NCBI GenBank assembly: GCA_026025795.1
Contig: JAPEUG010000124.1
Coordinates: forward strand, 1-40,757
Length of the DNA: 40,757 nucleotides
Direction: 5' to 3'
DNA from: Thelocarpon superellum
Lineage: Eukaryota
This document shows positions 23,893 through 35,607 of this stretch, one piece after another. Every line of letters begins with the position of its first letter. Within the stretch, counting starts at the first letter, position 1. Made by a program: the position numbers and the translations under genes. The notes under the pieces are model-generated. The model ran no database searches. It was not told where the DNA came from and saw only the letters and a program-made list of their open reading frames with translations.

Positions 23893-24911
23893 ATGGCGAG
23901 CTTGGAGGAGGTCAGCCAGGAGAGCGACTTTCGCTCGCGTCTCGAGCAAGCCCCGCCATCCACCCTGATCGTCATCTACTTCCACACGCCATGGGCCGCG
24001 CCATGCGAACAGATGCGCACCATCCTCTCTACGCTCGCCTCATCATACCCTGCATCGACCGCGTCTACGCCATCCTCTCCCATATTCCTGAGCCTGGATG
24101 CCGAAGATCTTCCCGATGTCTCCGAGAGCTATGACGTCTCCGCCGTGCCATTCATAGCTCTCCAGAAAGACGGGAAGGTAGTGGAGAGCATCAGCGGTAT
24201 CGATCCCGCTCGTATCCGCGCCGCTGTCGAAAGACACGGCGGCAGCGCCAGGGCGGACAAGGCTGGATCCAAGACGCTTCCACCCCCCCAAACCATCGCA
24301 GCGCCCTCGACTGCCATCGCGCCCGCCACCAACGGCGGCAGTGGCAGTGGCAATGCCGGCCCCCATCCCACCACGACCGAAATGTCCACCAGCGACGCCC
24401 CCGCCGCCGTGACCGCCACCGTACCCGAAGACCTCCACGCGCGCCTCACATCTCTTGTACAAGCGGCCCCCGTCATGCTGTTCATGAAGGGCACGCCGTC
24501 CTCGCCCCAATGCGGATTCAGCCGGCAACTGGTCGGCCTGCTGCGTGAGCGAGGCGTGCGATATGGCTTCTTCAACATCCTCGCCGACGACGAGGTCCGT
24601 CAGGGCCTGAAGGAATTTGCGGACTGGCCTACCTTTCCCCAGCTGTGGGTCAAGGGGGAGTTGGTCGGGGGGTTGGATATTGTAAGTTGCACGCGCGTCT
24701 TTCTTTTCCTGAAAACTCCATCTGGACGTATCACTCTCCCCGTGTACCCTATGGTGCTGATTCTTGCAAATTCCAGGTCAAGGAGGAAGCGGCGGCGGAT
24801 CCGGCCTTTTTGAGCGAACACGCAGTCAAGAGCAACAACGCTGCTGTATCGGAGAACGGCGCTGCGTCAACCCCGAACTTACCTGCGCAGCAGACGGTCA
24901 CCACAGCCTAG
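23893..24911 (+). CDS. GRX4: Monothiol glutaredoxin Grx3/4 (Trx + Grx domains), ~307 aa; intron 24682-24776
   Basis: Trx-like WAAPC. Grx domain PVMLFMKGTPSSPQCGFSRQLV..WPTFPQLW..GGLDI. The intron GTAAGT..GCTGA..CAG joins GGLDI|VKEE. Confidence 0.96.
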
Positions 24912-25225
24912 TGCGCCGTCAGGTACTAGTATGAAGACGAAGGAGCGGATTCAGCTTGACTTGGCGGCAGGCGTCGCGTATATTCATGTTCAGATGGAGT
25001 CAATCTAGAGGTTAGTTCTATTGAACGCAAATACCATGGTACCATGTATTTCTGCAAATGCCTTTCTGCTTCCTGCTCGTGCAAGTACTATACATTGATT
25101 CTTTGCTCCCCTACTCGACTCTTCCATACTCTGATTCCCGCGCCGCGTCCACCCAGCTGCCGATCTTCACCACGAATGTCTCCTTGCTTGGCTCATCGTA
25201 GATCAACCGCACACGGCAAGCACAC

Positions 25226-25873
25226 CTACAAGGCGATAGCGAGGGCGAGGATACCGACCACACCGGCCACGGAGGCGACCGTGAAGCGGCTAGGCTTGGT
25301 GCGGTCGCTGGACGAGCTCTTGCTGCTGCTGGTCGCGACGGTGGTGCTGGTCGTCGAGGGCGAAGAGGGTGATGTCGTGGAGGGGGTGGAGCTGGAAGAC
25401 GAGGCCGGAGCGGAGGAAGACGACGAGGCCGACTTGGCCGTGGGCTCGGGGCCGGCAATCTCGCCGTACAGCGAGTTCAGATCCGACTGGGCCGCGGTGG
25501 GCAGGAGGGAGAACCACGAGGGAGCGGTGCCGATGGCGTAATCGGACTGGTATTCCGAGAAGACAGAGGCCAGGACAGTGGGGTTCTCGATGGCGTTGAT
25601 CAGCGAGGTCGGGATAGCCGACAGCACCGACGTGGGGATGTCCAGCGCGAACACGTTGATCTCGGACTCGATCAACGTCTGGAGGGCGGTGTTGGTCGAC
25701 AGCTCGGCGCCGAGGCTGGACAGGCCCGCAGGATCCGTGGCGAGGCTCTCAATCGCCGATGTCTCGCTGGGCGAGATGCCCAGGTCGACGTCCGTCTGAC
25801 GCGCCGCGATCTCCGCGCTTCCCACCGCCGAGAGGGAGAGCACGGTGGCCGCGAGGAAAGCCTTGCTGTGCAT
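25226..25873 (-). CDS. Probable GPI-anchored, Ser/Thr-rich cell-wall protein, 215 aa
   Basis: Signal peptide MHSKAFLAATVLSLSAVGSA. Helical domain ending APSWFSLLPTAAQSDL. Ser/Thr-rich stalk. Hydrophobic C-terminal tail FTVASVAGVVGILALAIAL. Confidence 0.88.
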   Translation of the reverse strand: MHSKAFLAATVLSLSAVGSAEIAARQTDVDLGISPSETSAIESLATDPAGLSSLGAELSTNTALQTLIESEINVFALDIPTSVLSAIPTSLINAIENPTVLASVFSEYQSDYAIGTAPSWFSLLPTAAQSDLNSLYGEIAGPEPTAKSASSSSSAPASSSSSTPSTTSPSSPSTTSTTVATSSSKSSSSDRTKPSRFTVASVAGVVGILALAIAL

Positions 25874-27157
25874 GATGCTGATGCTGATGCTGGTGCTGAG
25901 GAACGAGAGAAGGTGATGATGCTTTAACGAAGGTCGATAAGTTGTTGAATGGTCTAAGAGGAAAGACTTGCTACGAGAGGAGCCAGCTTCTTGCCAAGAG
26001 AACGTCGAAGGGGAGCGGAGAGGAGCCAGGAGAGCGGAGCTATTTATCATCTCGAGGGCGGATCCACATGGACGGGAATCATCCCTCGACTGCGTACGCA
26101 GCAACAGAAAAAAATGGCCACCGCAACGGCGCCAACAGTTGCATGCAGCAACATGGGGGCCAAGCACGTTCTGCTCTGATCATCCAGCTCTCATCGTCAG
26201 CGCGGATCAACCGGAAACGGGTCCACTTCTCAGTTTCAGCCCCTGGGCTGTTGGGGGCCATATTCCGACCGTCTAGATGAGGTTGGATTGGACAAGCACA
26301 ACAAAGATGCAGACGAGTGGGCTCCAGGTCAAGGGTAGGTCATGCTGTCGAGCGCTGGAGACTCTCGGCGCTCAGGGACGAGGTAATTCGTGCCGGCACT
26401 CCCGTACTAGTACCTCGCTGCCGGGACTTACCGCCGTCTAAAGCGACGGAAAGAGATCGGCCGGCGTGCGGCTGTTTCCACATTTAGGGCTGAGTGAGGC
26501 TGGCCGAGTGGGGATTTGCTGTGGTCGTGGTACCCGTCTCCGACTCATTGGGTTTGCTGGCACCGCCCGATGACCACAGGCTCGCGGGACAAATATGAAG
26601 GAAATGGACCCCACCACGGCTCAGAATGACCCACCGGCTATGATTCCGCCAGCATTGCCTGTGGCGCGACCCTGGCCGCCCGGTCGTTGGCGATCGGAGA
26701 GCAAGGTTTGCGCGAAGAACCCAACGGAAGGTCCGCGATGGGGCCAAATTTGGTCGACAGTCGGGAGACGCGTGGGCCAACGCCAGTCCGCTTGGCGCGC
26801 CACATTGGCCAGCTCTTTAATGCCAGGTACCTCGTCACCCAGCTAGCATGTATGGTGAAGCGGCGCACCGCTTCCGGACGCGGAGTACGAGCACCTGAAA
26901 CATGGCGAGTTGGTCAAGGTGATCGTTTTGGTCGCCTGCGTGGAAGAGCTTCGAGGCCGGTCATAATAGCCGAGACTACCGTGCTTTTAGACGTATGGTA
27001 TCAGAGCCAAGGTACGCGATTAGACCGAAGGATATCGAGTTTGTTTTAGCAACTGCGAGCTACATTAAATGGCACGTTTTGCACTGAGTCCGACGGCGCA
27101 GACGCCAACAAGCCGAGGCTACTAGCCAAGCCCCCCCTTGCTGGACCATTGCTTGGC

Positions 27158-27655
27158 TCACTTGGAGTTGTCAAATACCGTCACCACCCGCGTGGGGTAA
27201 GCGACATATCTCTTGCGGTCCAAGAACTTCTCCTCGTCGGGCACGACAATCTCGTTGTACTCCTTGGACGCGAGAACCTCGGTGAACTTGTCGTAGGATG
27301 ACACGTCGAAGATCACGATGCCATCGTAATCGGCCACGGGGAAACCGTCTTTCTGCGCGGCTTGGGCGGCGTCATTGAAATAATGGGTCTGAGGACGGCC
27401 AAGAGCCAAAGGTTAGTCGGTGTTACCAGCATTCCTCACGCATGTTTGCCTCACCTGTTCGTATTTGATGAGATTCTTCCGCACAATAGGAAGGTCTCCA
27501 AAGATCTTCGAGTGTGTGTTGCGCCAGTAGTGGTGGAACTCCTCCTGGGTTAAGCCCGGCTTGCGGTAGAAGAAGACGTGCACACGGACCCGATCTTCGT
27601 ACTGCGGGGGCTCGGTAGACAACGCATACGACGGGAGCTCGGTAGTGACAGCCAT
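27158..27655 (-). CDS. EthD-family dimeric alpha/beta-barrel protein, ~143 aa; intron 27389-27454
   Basis: RKPGLTQEEFHHYWRNTH and ADYDGIV..VVPDEEKFLD are EthD-type motifs. The intron GTGAGG..CTAAC..CAG joins KYEQ|THYF. Confidence 0.9.
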
Positions 27656-28618
27656 GCTGATGTGTTCTTGGCCTCGTGTTCGTTTGAGAGCGATAGGGAT
27701 TGCACTGATGCCGGACAAGAATCGGCCGAAAAGGCGACGACGGATGGTCTTAAGTACACCAACCAGGTCGCCGTCCGGGATGGACTGAAATACGTCAGCT
27801 TGCCTTCGGGTCCAGAGCTCCAAGAGCACGCATGCAATCAGGACTCACGTCCCGGCGAGCCCTGACACTCTGTGCGTCGCAGCTCGAGATCCGCCACCCT
27901 CCCGAATCCCCCGCCCTCCTACGTGCGACTGCACTATCTGTCCTCCATATGCCACCGGTGTGGCCTATTATGCCAGATGCATATACCCCAAGATCATCCG
28001 TATTCACCAAGGCTCTGCCTGCCTGAATAATTCCCTGCGTGCCTGAATTCCATGCACCGAGAGATCTCCTATACCCTTTCATGCTCTACCGTCGAAATAC
28101 ACCCTCATTCAATCTTGGCAATGGCTTGAGTTGCGCTTGGTCCGCACCAATCTGTGCATTTTCGACTGACATGCACGAATTTGTTCGCAGACTAAGGCGA
28201 CACGTATGGGGCTGTCCTTGGCAGCCCGCCATGCCATCTCTCTACATACCCAAGGAGGAAGGACGGCATTTCCGTGACACGGTCTGATATATTCAGCCGC
28301 TCTTGGCTAATGCGGGCCGCGGGTCGGCCTGGAGCTCATGCGAACCAGCTTCGAATGATCCCCACACACTCGGGCCACGAGCTGCTTTCGTCAAGCTTGT
28401 GAAAGCATGCGGGAGAGGATGTTGCCACGGGACATTGGAGACGAGTCGTGGCTCGGTAGCTTCAGATGCCTACGACCCCAACAACGCTATATTGATAGTA
28501 GGTGCGCCCTTGCAACAGTGACCTACATTCCAGGAGATGCATGTCCTCAGCACGTCATCGCGGACGCATACCATCTCATGCGCCCACGAAGCGGCGGTAG
28601 CATGATCCGGACGCATCA

Positions 28619-29554
28619 TCACCTCCGTCCGTCGTCTCTCAGATGTCTCAAAAGCATGCCTAGTCTTCTCAGTGCACTTCCCTCCGGCTCGCCACGGTGC
28701 CGCTCTAATCCCCCACCTTCCTCCGCACGGGCCTCCTCCACCTCGCGCCGGGCATCCTTGACCAAGGGGAGCAAGTCACCCCAAACTTCGTCGACATAGC
28801 GATGAAGGAAGCCATCCCAATCGTCCATGGTAGCAAGAACGTCGTTGGAGAAGGGTCCGGGCAGACCAGCAAGCACAGTCGAGGTGTTTTCGCGTGCGAG
28901 TGATGGCGCCATATCTGAGTTGAAGAGGTCCTCGCTCGATAGGGACGGCCCTTCCTCGCCCTCGTCGACGGGGATGTCAGTCATGCTCGAGAATTCCGTC
29001 GACCAGAGAAGCGCGACGACGTCAGCGCCGTCTGTGGGTGAAATATGCGAAGAGGCCGGTGCGGCCGCCTGGAGGCGATCACCGCCTTCAAGGTCATCGT
29101 CGGCGAGCCGCTCCGGCGGATGGTACGGCGGAGTGGTGTGCAGAAAGGCGTCGTACTCATGCTCTACACGCTCATGTTGGGCGGCGGAATCAGAATCCGC
29201 GGAGCGGAAGGTCTCCTGGTCCACGACCGAGCCAGAGATGGGTGGTCTCCCTAGGGTATTTGTAGCTGATTCCCTTACTGCTACCCCACTCGAAGTGGAA
29301 GAAACGTATGGTCCTGTGGCCGAGCCCGAGCCCGAGCCTTTTTGGGAGCCATTCAGCGTCGTGGCAAGGGCACCAGCGAGAAAATCTCCATGGCTAGGGT
29401 TCAGCCAAGCACGTGTGAGACCCGCTGCAGAAGCACTTATCCGAACCACCGAAGACGGAGGATCATCTGGAGCTGTGGGCGTGGCGGCCGTCGCCTCATC
29501 GATGACGGAATCTTTGTCTTTGCCCTTGCCCTTGCCCTTTTCCGCTGATGCCAT
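28619..29554 (-). CDS. Hypothetical protein, 311 aa
   Basis: Single ATG-initiated ORF with plausible composition. Ordered-looking C-terminal block WDGFLHRYVDEVWGDLLPLVKDARREVEE..ALRRLGMLLRHL that I recall from uncharacterised fungal proteins (unverified). Confidence 0.8.
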   Translation of the reverse strand: MASAEKGKGKGKDKDSVIDEATAATPTAPDDPPSSVVRISASAAGLTRAWLNPSHGDFLAGALATTLNGSQKGSGSGSATGPYVSSTSSGVAVRESATNTLGRPPISGSVVDQETFRSADSDSAAQHERVEHEYDAFLHTTPPYHPPERLADDDLEGGDRLQAAAPASSHISPTDGADVVALLWSTEFSSMTDIPVDEGEEGPSLSSEDLFNSDMAPSLARENTSTVLAGLPGPFSNDVLATMDDWDGFLHRYVDEVWGDLLPLVKDARREVEEARAEEGGGLERHRGEPEGSALRRLGMLLRHLRDDGRR

Positions 29555-30031
29555 GTATCAGTGCGTCGATTTGTTGCGGCTGCCACAGTATGACCATTTT
29601 TCTTCGGCTCGGCGCGTTCTGTTCACCATCCCGTGGGCCGTGGGCGAAAAGGTACAAAAGAGGACGACGGTTGGACGAAGGTAAGGTGTCGTTAAGGTGT
29701 AGTAGCCTACAATGGGACACGGTGCACATACTCTGCCGGAGGGACTCGCGAGCGGTTGAGGGTCTCAGGTGGGGCGCTTCCCCCGCGTCAAGGAACCGGA
29801 GGTCCGCGAGCAGCCACAGGAGCATGGTAGTAAAGCATGTGATTGAGCGGCGGCGTTTGCCGACGCCCGTTTGTCAGAGCGAGGACGAGCGGCGTTCGTA
29901 AGACCGCCTGAGAGTGACTTTCCGCACTCTCGTCTCCACGGCTGTCAAACATCTTCATTTTCCTCGGGGCCGTCTGGTTCCTGACATTGCCCCTACCCTT
30001 GGCGCGACGGAACCAGAGGCTTGCTATGAGT

Positions 30032-30978
30032 TCAGTCTGACAAGGAGACCTTAAATGGTTTCACTTGGAGCAAGACTTCGGAGCCGTCCTTGAATCTGGT
30101 CGCCAGTTGACCACCAGTTGTGCCTTGGTACTGTTGCGGGAGCTGTCCGGTGACGTTGCTCTCGCTTACGCCCGTCGTGTTGATGTGGCTCTCCGTACCA
30201 TCTTCGACCGTTTGAGCCAGCGGAAGCTCCCCGGAACTCCACGAAATCGCCGAGGTGCTGTTGGTCAGGCTGGCAAACAAGGTCTGACAGTTTCCATCGA
30301 ACAGTGACAGCATGCTTGGGCCACTACTCAGCACGGTGACGGAGATGTAGCTGTCGACGTATGCGATGTCAGTTCCGTCTCCGGGCAAAGCAAATCCGAA
30401 ATGCTTGAGCGTGACCCCCATGGTTTTGCTGCCGTTTCGTGGCTGCCATTCCGGGCTCTGCAGCTGGGCCAGCTCGAACGACATGCGTCCACATGCCGGG
30501 GGCCAAAATGGGTCTTGGCTGTCGAGCCAGGTCGCTACTCCGTCCGCTTGAGCAAAGGCATTGATGGTCGTCGCTGGGTCTACCGCATATGAGAGACGGG
30601 TGACCCCCGTCTGATTGTTTGGTGGCTGGAGATATCGGACGACAGTAGGATCATTGGGATCCCAAACCGTGGGTGGCTTCTCGTTCTCGCTGAGGATATG
30701 CAGGCTCAAAGAGTCGGTCAGGTTCCACTGCTCTACCCGCGATCCATTATCACGATATGACGCGAATAAGATCTGGTCGTGGGTGTAAGGGTAATGATAA
30801 TCAAGTTTCCGACTGTCCTGATGTCAGCAGATGGCACTCTTGATAGCGCAACGTCCGGCACGTACGTGACGTGATACGCTGCGTCTACTTCTCGACCGGT
30901 AACGCCGGTAGCCCATAGCGAATATGTGGCGAGGAACCACTCGATGCGTCTGAAGGTGGAAGCGTGTTTGGTGCTCAT
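30032..30978 (-). CDS. Putative secreted glycoprotein (orphan), ~297 aa; intron 30813-30865
   Basis: A 53-bp intron GTACGT..GCTGAC..GACAG joins the 30733-30978 ORF (signal-like WFLATYSLWATGVTG) in frame with the 30032-30709 ORF (HVT|RKLDYHYPY..LTDSLSLHIL). Seven N-X-S/T sequons. Confidence 0.7.
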
Positions 30979-31522
30979 CGTGTGGTACCCTCGAGCGACG
31001 GTTTAGAATCCACGGTCGACGCGGGTCATCAACAGGTTCCTTCGGCCGCCTCCAAGTGTCTCTTCTGATCAGGGAAGGCCATGGTCCATTTATGCGGACG
31101 TAGAGTCCGTCGGAGTATGACCGTGGCGTCATCATACCTCTTTTATGTGCGCCAGTACGAATCCTCGGACGCACGCGACTATGGCATGCTTTGAGGCAAT
31201 ACCTGATCCATCATGGACAGCAGCGTCCGATCTCGAGACAGGGTCGGGGGACCGTGCGCCTTTATTGATCCTTCCCGATCCAGGCTGTTGATCGGTAGTT
31301 ATATGGCGGATTTACGTGGCCATGAGGCATATAACAAACAAATCAGTACCTCCTGATCACACTGCTCTGACCCCGCGCCCGATGGCGAGCTTCACATCGT
31401 GGCCATTCCTTGGACTGGCACGACTCGTACCTTTTCTCGGTCCGTGTTTTCAGATCGCGTCATAAGGCTCTCTACGCGCTTCGCATTCTCAGCGCACCTT
31501 TCTTTGCTCAATAGCCGTCATC

Positions 31523-32467
31523 ATGTTCGCTATTACTGCTACTTCACTTCTGCGTCTCATCCTCGCCGTGCTTCTCTCTCAACCTAAGACCGTGGCCAAC
31601 GGGGCTTTGACTGAATCTGACACGAAGCACCAACATCAGGCCCCTAGCAATGTTGCGGCCACGATGGGCGTCCTAGAGGACTCAGTCCGCACCGGATTCG
31701 CAGCGGAAGAACAGCAACTCGCGGCCCGGATGCCCAGGCCAACCGATTCGGATAGCGAGTCGGACAACGAGCACGCCGACTGGCTGGAATGGGACGGCAG
31801 TCAAAGGTTGACGATCCTCCAGTTGCCTGGATCGTCCAATGTCTACCACGTTTTCGTCAGGATGGAATCCTACATAGCACGGAACACGCGCTGCAGGGTA
31901 TTGTTGCTGCTGGAGGCCGGACTGAAGATGCACGAGCGACGGACCGACGCCCCGCCTGCAAAGTCCGGCGTGGCGATCACGACACCCGATGGGTGGATGT
32001 ACGCTTATTGTCCTGGCCGCACAGGCGTTCCGGTCGCCGTCCTTCGACAAGTCCTCACCATGCTCATGGGAAGCGCATTCGACGGGTGGCCGAATGGAAA
32101 CGTTTCGTCCTTTGGTGTCTTCATCTCTCTTGAGCAGAACGTTCGAGTTCCTGCTGGATACATCAACGTGCAACTCATTCCATCGAGAACAACGAGCCAA
32201 AGGGGTGGACGATGCGTAGCCCCTGAACCTCTTGGGCCACCGCCCAGTCGAGTCCCGCAAATCCGACCTGAACCAGCCGCCGAGCCTCAAGCTGCGGTTC
32301 CGCACCCGTCGGTAGTACCTGCTGCACAAGTCATGCCACCAACGAGACGCCCACACCACGGGCGTCCGATCGGACAATCACAGTCGGCAAGGGAACATGA
32401 CAGGTGCCGTAGCCGTCTTCGAAACAGTCGAGGCGCTGGTCGTTACACCGATCCGGAAGAGTTGTGA
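31523..32467 (+). CDS. Putative secreted orphan protein, 314 aa
   Basis: ATG-initiated ORF with hydrophobic N-terminus MFAITATSLLRLILAVLLS. Acidic linker, a mixed alpha/beta-looking central region with 3 Cys, and a Pro-rich tail. TATAA at ~31330. Confidence 0.6.
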   Translation: MFAITATSLLRLILAVLLSQPKTVANGALTESDTKHQHQAPSNVAATMGVLEDSVRTGFAAEEQQLAARMPRPTDSDSESDNEHADWLEWDGSQRLTILQLPGSSNVYHVFVRMESYIARNTRCRVLLLLEAGLKMHERRTDAPPAKSGVAITTPDGWMYAYCPGRTGVPVAVLRQVLTMLMGSAFDGWPNGNVSSFGVFISLEQNVRVPAGYINVQLIPSRTTSQRGGRCVAPEPLGPPPSRVPQIRPEPAAEPQAAVPHPSVVPAAQVMPPTRRPHHGRPIGQSQSAREHDRCRSRLRNSRGAGRYTDPEEL

Positions 32468-33756
32468 GAAGGTGCACTGGGTCCAACACGCGGAGAAATG
32501 GGACGCGCCATGTCCTCTAGTACAGAAGTGGGCCAAAGGTTGGGGCAGGAGATGGAACGGAATGAGACGGGCCGAATGAAGATGATCGAGGTTCTCGCTG
32601 CTGTAAATCATGTAGCAAATGATCACTTTTACCGCACAATAACGGTGGGAAGACGCACATATGCACTGCTCTCTCATGGTGACCAACGTCCAGTAATCCG
32701 AGAGATATTTTGGTCCTACCGAAAACGATGATGTTGTTCAGGGCGCATGGGTGGGGGACAACGTGTTGTTGCTTGATTACAAGGGTGGTGCTGCATCGGC
32801 GGGCGGCGGCGGCGTGACCGAGCTTCGAGCCTCGCCAGCTTCGATGATGGGTCACGCTTCCACGTCTGACAGGCCCAACTGTCCACGCAGCTACTCCACC
32901 CATGACCACGATCACGCCGTCGTGTGGTACGAGCGTCGTACTAAGATCTGAGCAGTCGTTGTGGTGCATGCGGCCTCGTCGCCCGCAGGCCACGCCGCCA
33001 GCACGGTCGGCTGAATAATGGGGCGGTGGCGGCGGGAGGAATCGAGTTGTGCGACGGCTAAGTAAAGGGCGGGCAATGGTAGCCTTGACTGCCGAACCAT
33101 ACTCGTGCTGTACTCGTGCTGTACTGCGTAATCATGGGGGAAGAGTTTAGTATCAGGGATCGCGGGCAAGCACCCAGCACGTAGCAGCAGCGCGCAGACG
33201 AGGCTACTGTAGGGTACGAATACTCCGTACTTGTATGTTACTGCGTACCTCGTACGTCCGGCGTAGTCGGGTGCCTGACGACTCAATCACACTTCCCCAT
33301 CGTGCATTTGCTTGCCGCATCACGGCCTCACCCACTCGCCCACTCACGTCTCGCACCATCAGGCAACCTATCCTTCAGCCTGGAGACAAGCCATCCCGAC
33401 CACATCCTTCATCCTTCCCTATCACCTCGTCATCGCCCTGCAAGCGTGTCTGACTCTCTACTTCATCGTCGCGTATCGGTAGTGGGACAGATTGGTGGAG
33501 GGGCAGCGTCATCCAACCGTCGCCCGTCCTCCTACTCCCACCATTCCACCTCTGGTGCCTCTTCTGTCCTCCGCTTCTTCCTCTCGCCTCCGCCGCTGAC
33601 CATCACACTCTCGCGACGCGCTCACCCTCAGCCCTACCCGTGCTCTTTGTAGCTCCTACCAACTTTTCGCCCAGCCGCTCAACGCTGTACACCTCGCCCC
33701 ACCGCCTCCGGTCGACTGCGTGAAGTTGGCTCCCTCTCGGACGTTGTTTCGGAAAG

Positions 33757-35607
33757 ATGGTGGACGGAGATGTGAATTCACCAACGTGGAAATTCACACA
33801 GTAAGGCCTTCATCTCCTTCCCCCTCACGCCTTCGGCTTTCAATGATCCTCCGTCCGCCACCACGCCGACGCGGGTGTGCCACGCGACCCATCCTCGGCA
33901 TCAGAGCTATGTGTGTGAGAGAGAGGGCTGATCCGTTGTCGCAGATGCTTTGGTGATAAGGGCGACGTGGAAGATATCACCGAGGGTGAGTTCACCTCCC
34001 TTCCCCAACTCTTGCCAGCCCGCCTTGCCCCTTTGTCGCTGATGGCTCCTTTTCCTAGCCGATATCATCTCGACGGTCGAGTTCGATCATACCGGCAATT
34101 ACTTGGCAACGGGCGATAAAGGCGGTCGTGTTGTGCTGTTCGAACGGAACGAAGGCGTAAGGCTTCGACCCCTGCACCACGCGCCAGAGGGAGCTGACCC
34201 GCGCAGAAAAAAACATGCGAATACAAATTCCACACGGAATTCCAATCCCACGAACCGGAGTTTGACTACTTGAAATCCTTGGAGATCGAAGAGAAGATCA
34301 ATAAGATCAAATGGTGTCGGCGGCAGAACGCCTCGCATTACCTGCTCTCGACCAACGACAAGACCATCAAGCTATGGAAGGTGTTCGAGAAGTCGCTCAA
34401 GGTGGTGGCGGAGAACAACCTCTCGCATGACTTGACCCCCGCTGGCGCCGTTGGCGGCGGCGGCCCACCGCGGCTGAATCCGTCGCTGCACTTCCCCAAC
34501 TCCGCCGCGCTGAAGCTGCCGCGATTGACGCACCATGACACGGTCGTCGCCGCCGTACCCCGCCGGACTTACGCCAACGCCCACGCCTACCACATCAACA
34601 GCATCTCCGTCAACAGCGATGGCGAGACCTTCATCAGCAGCGACGACCTGCGGATCAATCTGTGGAACCTGAACATCCAGGATCAGAGCTTTAACATTGT
34701 CGACATCAAGCCCGCTAATATGGAGGAGTTGACGGAAGTCATCACCGCCGCCGAATTCCACCCACAGAGCTGCAACTGGTTCATGTACGCCAGCTCCAAG
34801 GGCACCATCAAGCTGGCCGATATGCGAGAGAGCGCGCTGTGTGACCAGCATGCGAAGCGTAAGTGGCCTGGTTCCGGACGCACGAGCGGTGCGGAGATGC
34901 GGGGGCTAACGGGTGCCCGTGTAGAATTCGAACAGGAAGAGGACCCGGCATCACGCTCCTTCTTCTCCGAGATCATCTCCTCCATCTCAGACGTGCGATT
35001 CTCACACGACGGCCGATATATCCTCTCGCGCGATTACCTGACAGTCAAGATCTGGGACGTCAACATGGAACGGCAGCCGGTCAAGACCATCCCGATCCAC
35101 GAGCATCTGCGACCGCGACTATGCGATACCTATGAGAACGACAGCATCTTCGACAAATTCGAGGTGGTCTTCTCGGGCGACGCCAAGAACGTGATGACGG
35201 GCAGCTACAACAACAATTTCATGATCTACCCCTCCGACCCGGAGCGTGAGATGGAGGTGGTGTTACAAGCGGACAAGTCGGCCTTCAAGGCGAAGAAGGT
35301 GGGCGTGCCCACGCCCATCAACGCCGCGACCAGCCCGACCAACTCGACGGGTAAGAAGGGTGGATCGAGAGCGGGCAGTCCGGCCGCGCCGGGCCAAGGC
35401 GGACGGATGCGCAAGGAGACGGACGCCGACCAGATCGACTTCAACAAGAAGATCTTACATATGAGCTGGCATCCCTTTGAGGACAGCATCGCCATCGCGG
35501 CGACCAACAATGTGCGTCGCTCCCCCTCTCCCTTTTTCCGTGCGATGCGGATGACGGCGTGCTAACGTGTCTCGCCGCGCCAGCTGTTCGTCTTCTCCGC
35601 ATTGTAA
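33757..35607 (+). CDS. CDC55: PP2A regulatory subunit B (B55/Cdc55, WD40), ~481 aa; introns 33801-33944, 33986-34058, 34157-34206, 34859-34924, 35512-35583
   Basis: Spliced product reads [112 protein letters not shown]. All five introns are GT-AG and keep the frame. Confidence 0.98.

Noticed and set aside
26280..27150. Possible structured ncRNA (telomerase RNA, RNase P/MRP) in a GC-rich intergenic stretch containing one TTAGGG
   Set aside because: No 1.5-repeat telomere template or conserved P4/snRNA motifs found by eye. An Infernal/Rfam scan would be needed to exclude it fully.
28619..29554. Pex5/Pex20-like peroxin, suggested by a WxxF-like motif and acidic disorder
   Set aside because: No N-terminal conserved Cys motif, no TPR domain and no clear WxxxF/Y repeats.
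32397..32951. Short + strand ORFs that might extend the 31523 gene or be a frameshifted pseudogene
   Set aside because: I could not find convincing donor/branch/acceptor sets joining them, and there is no recognisable homology.
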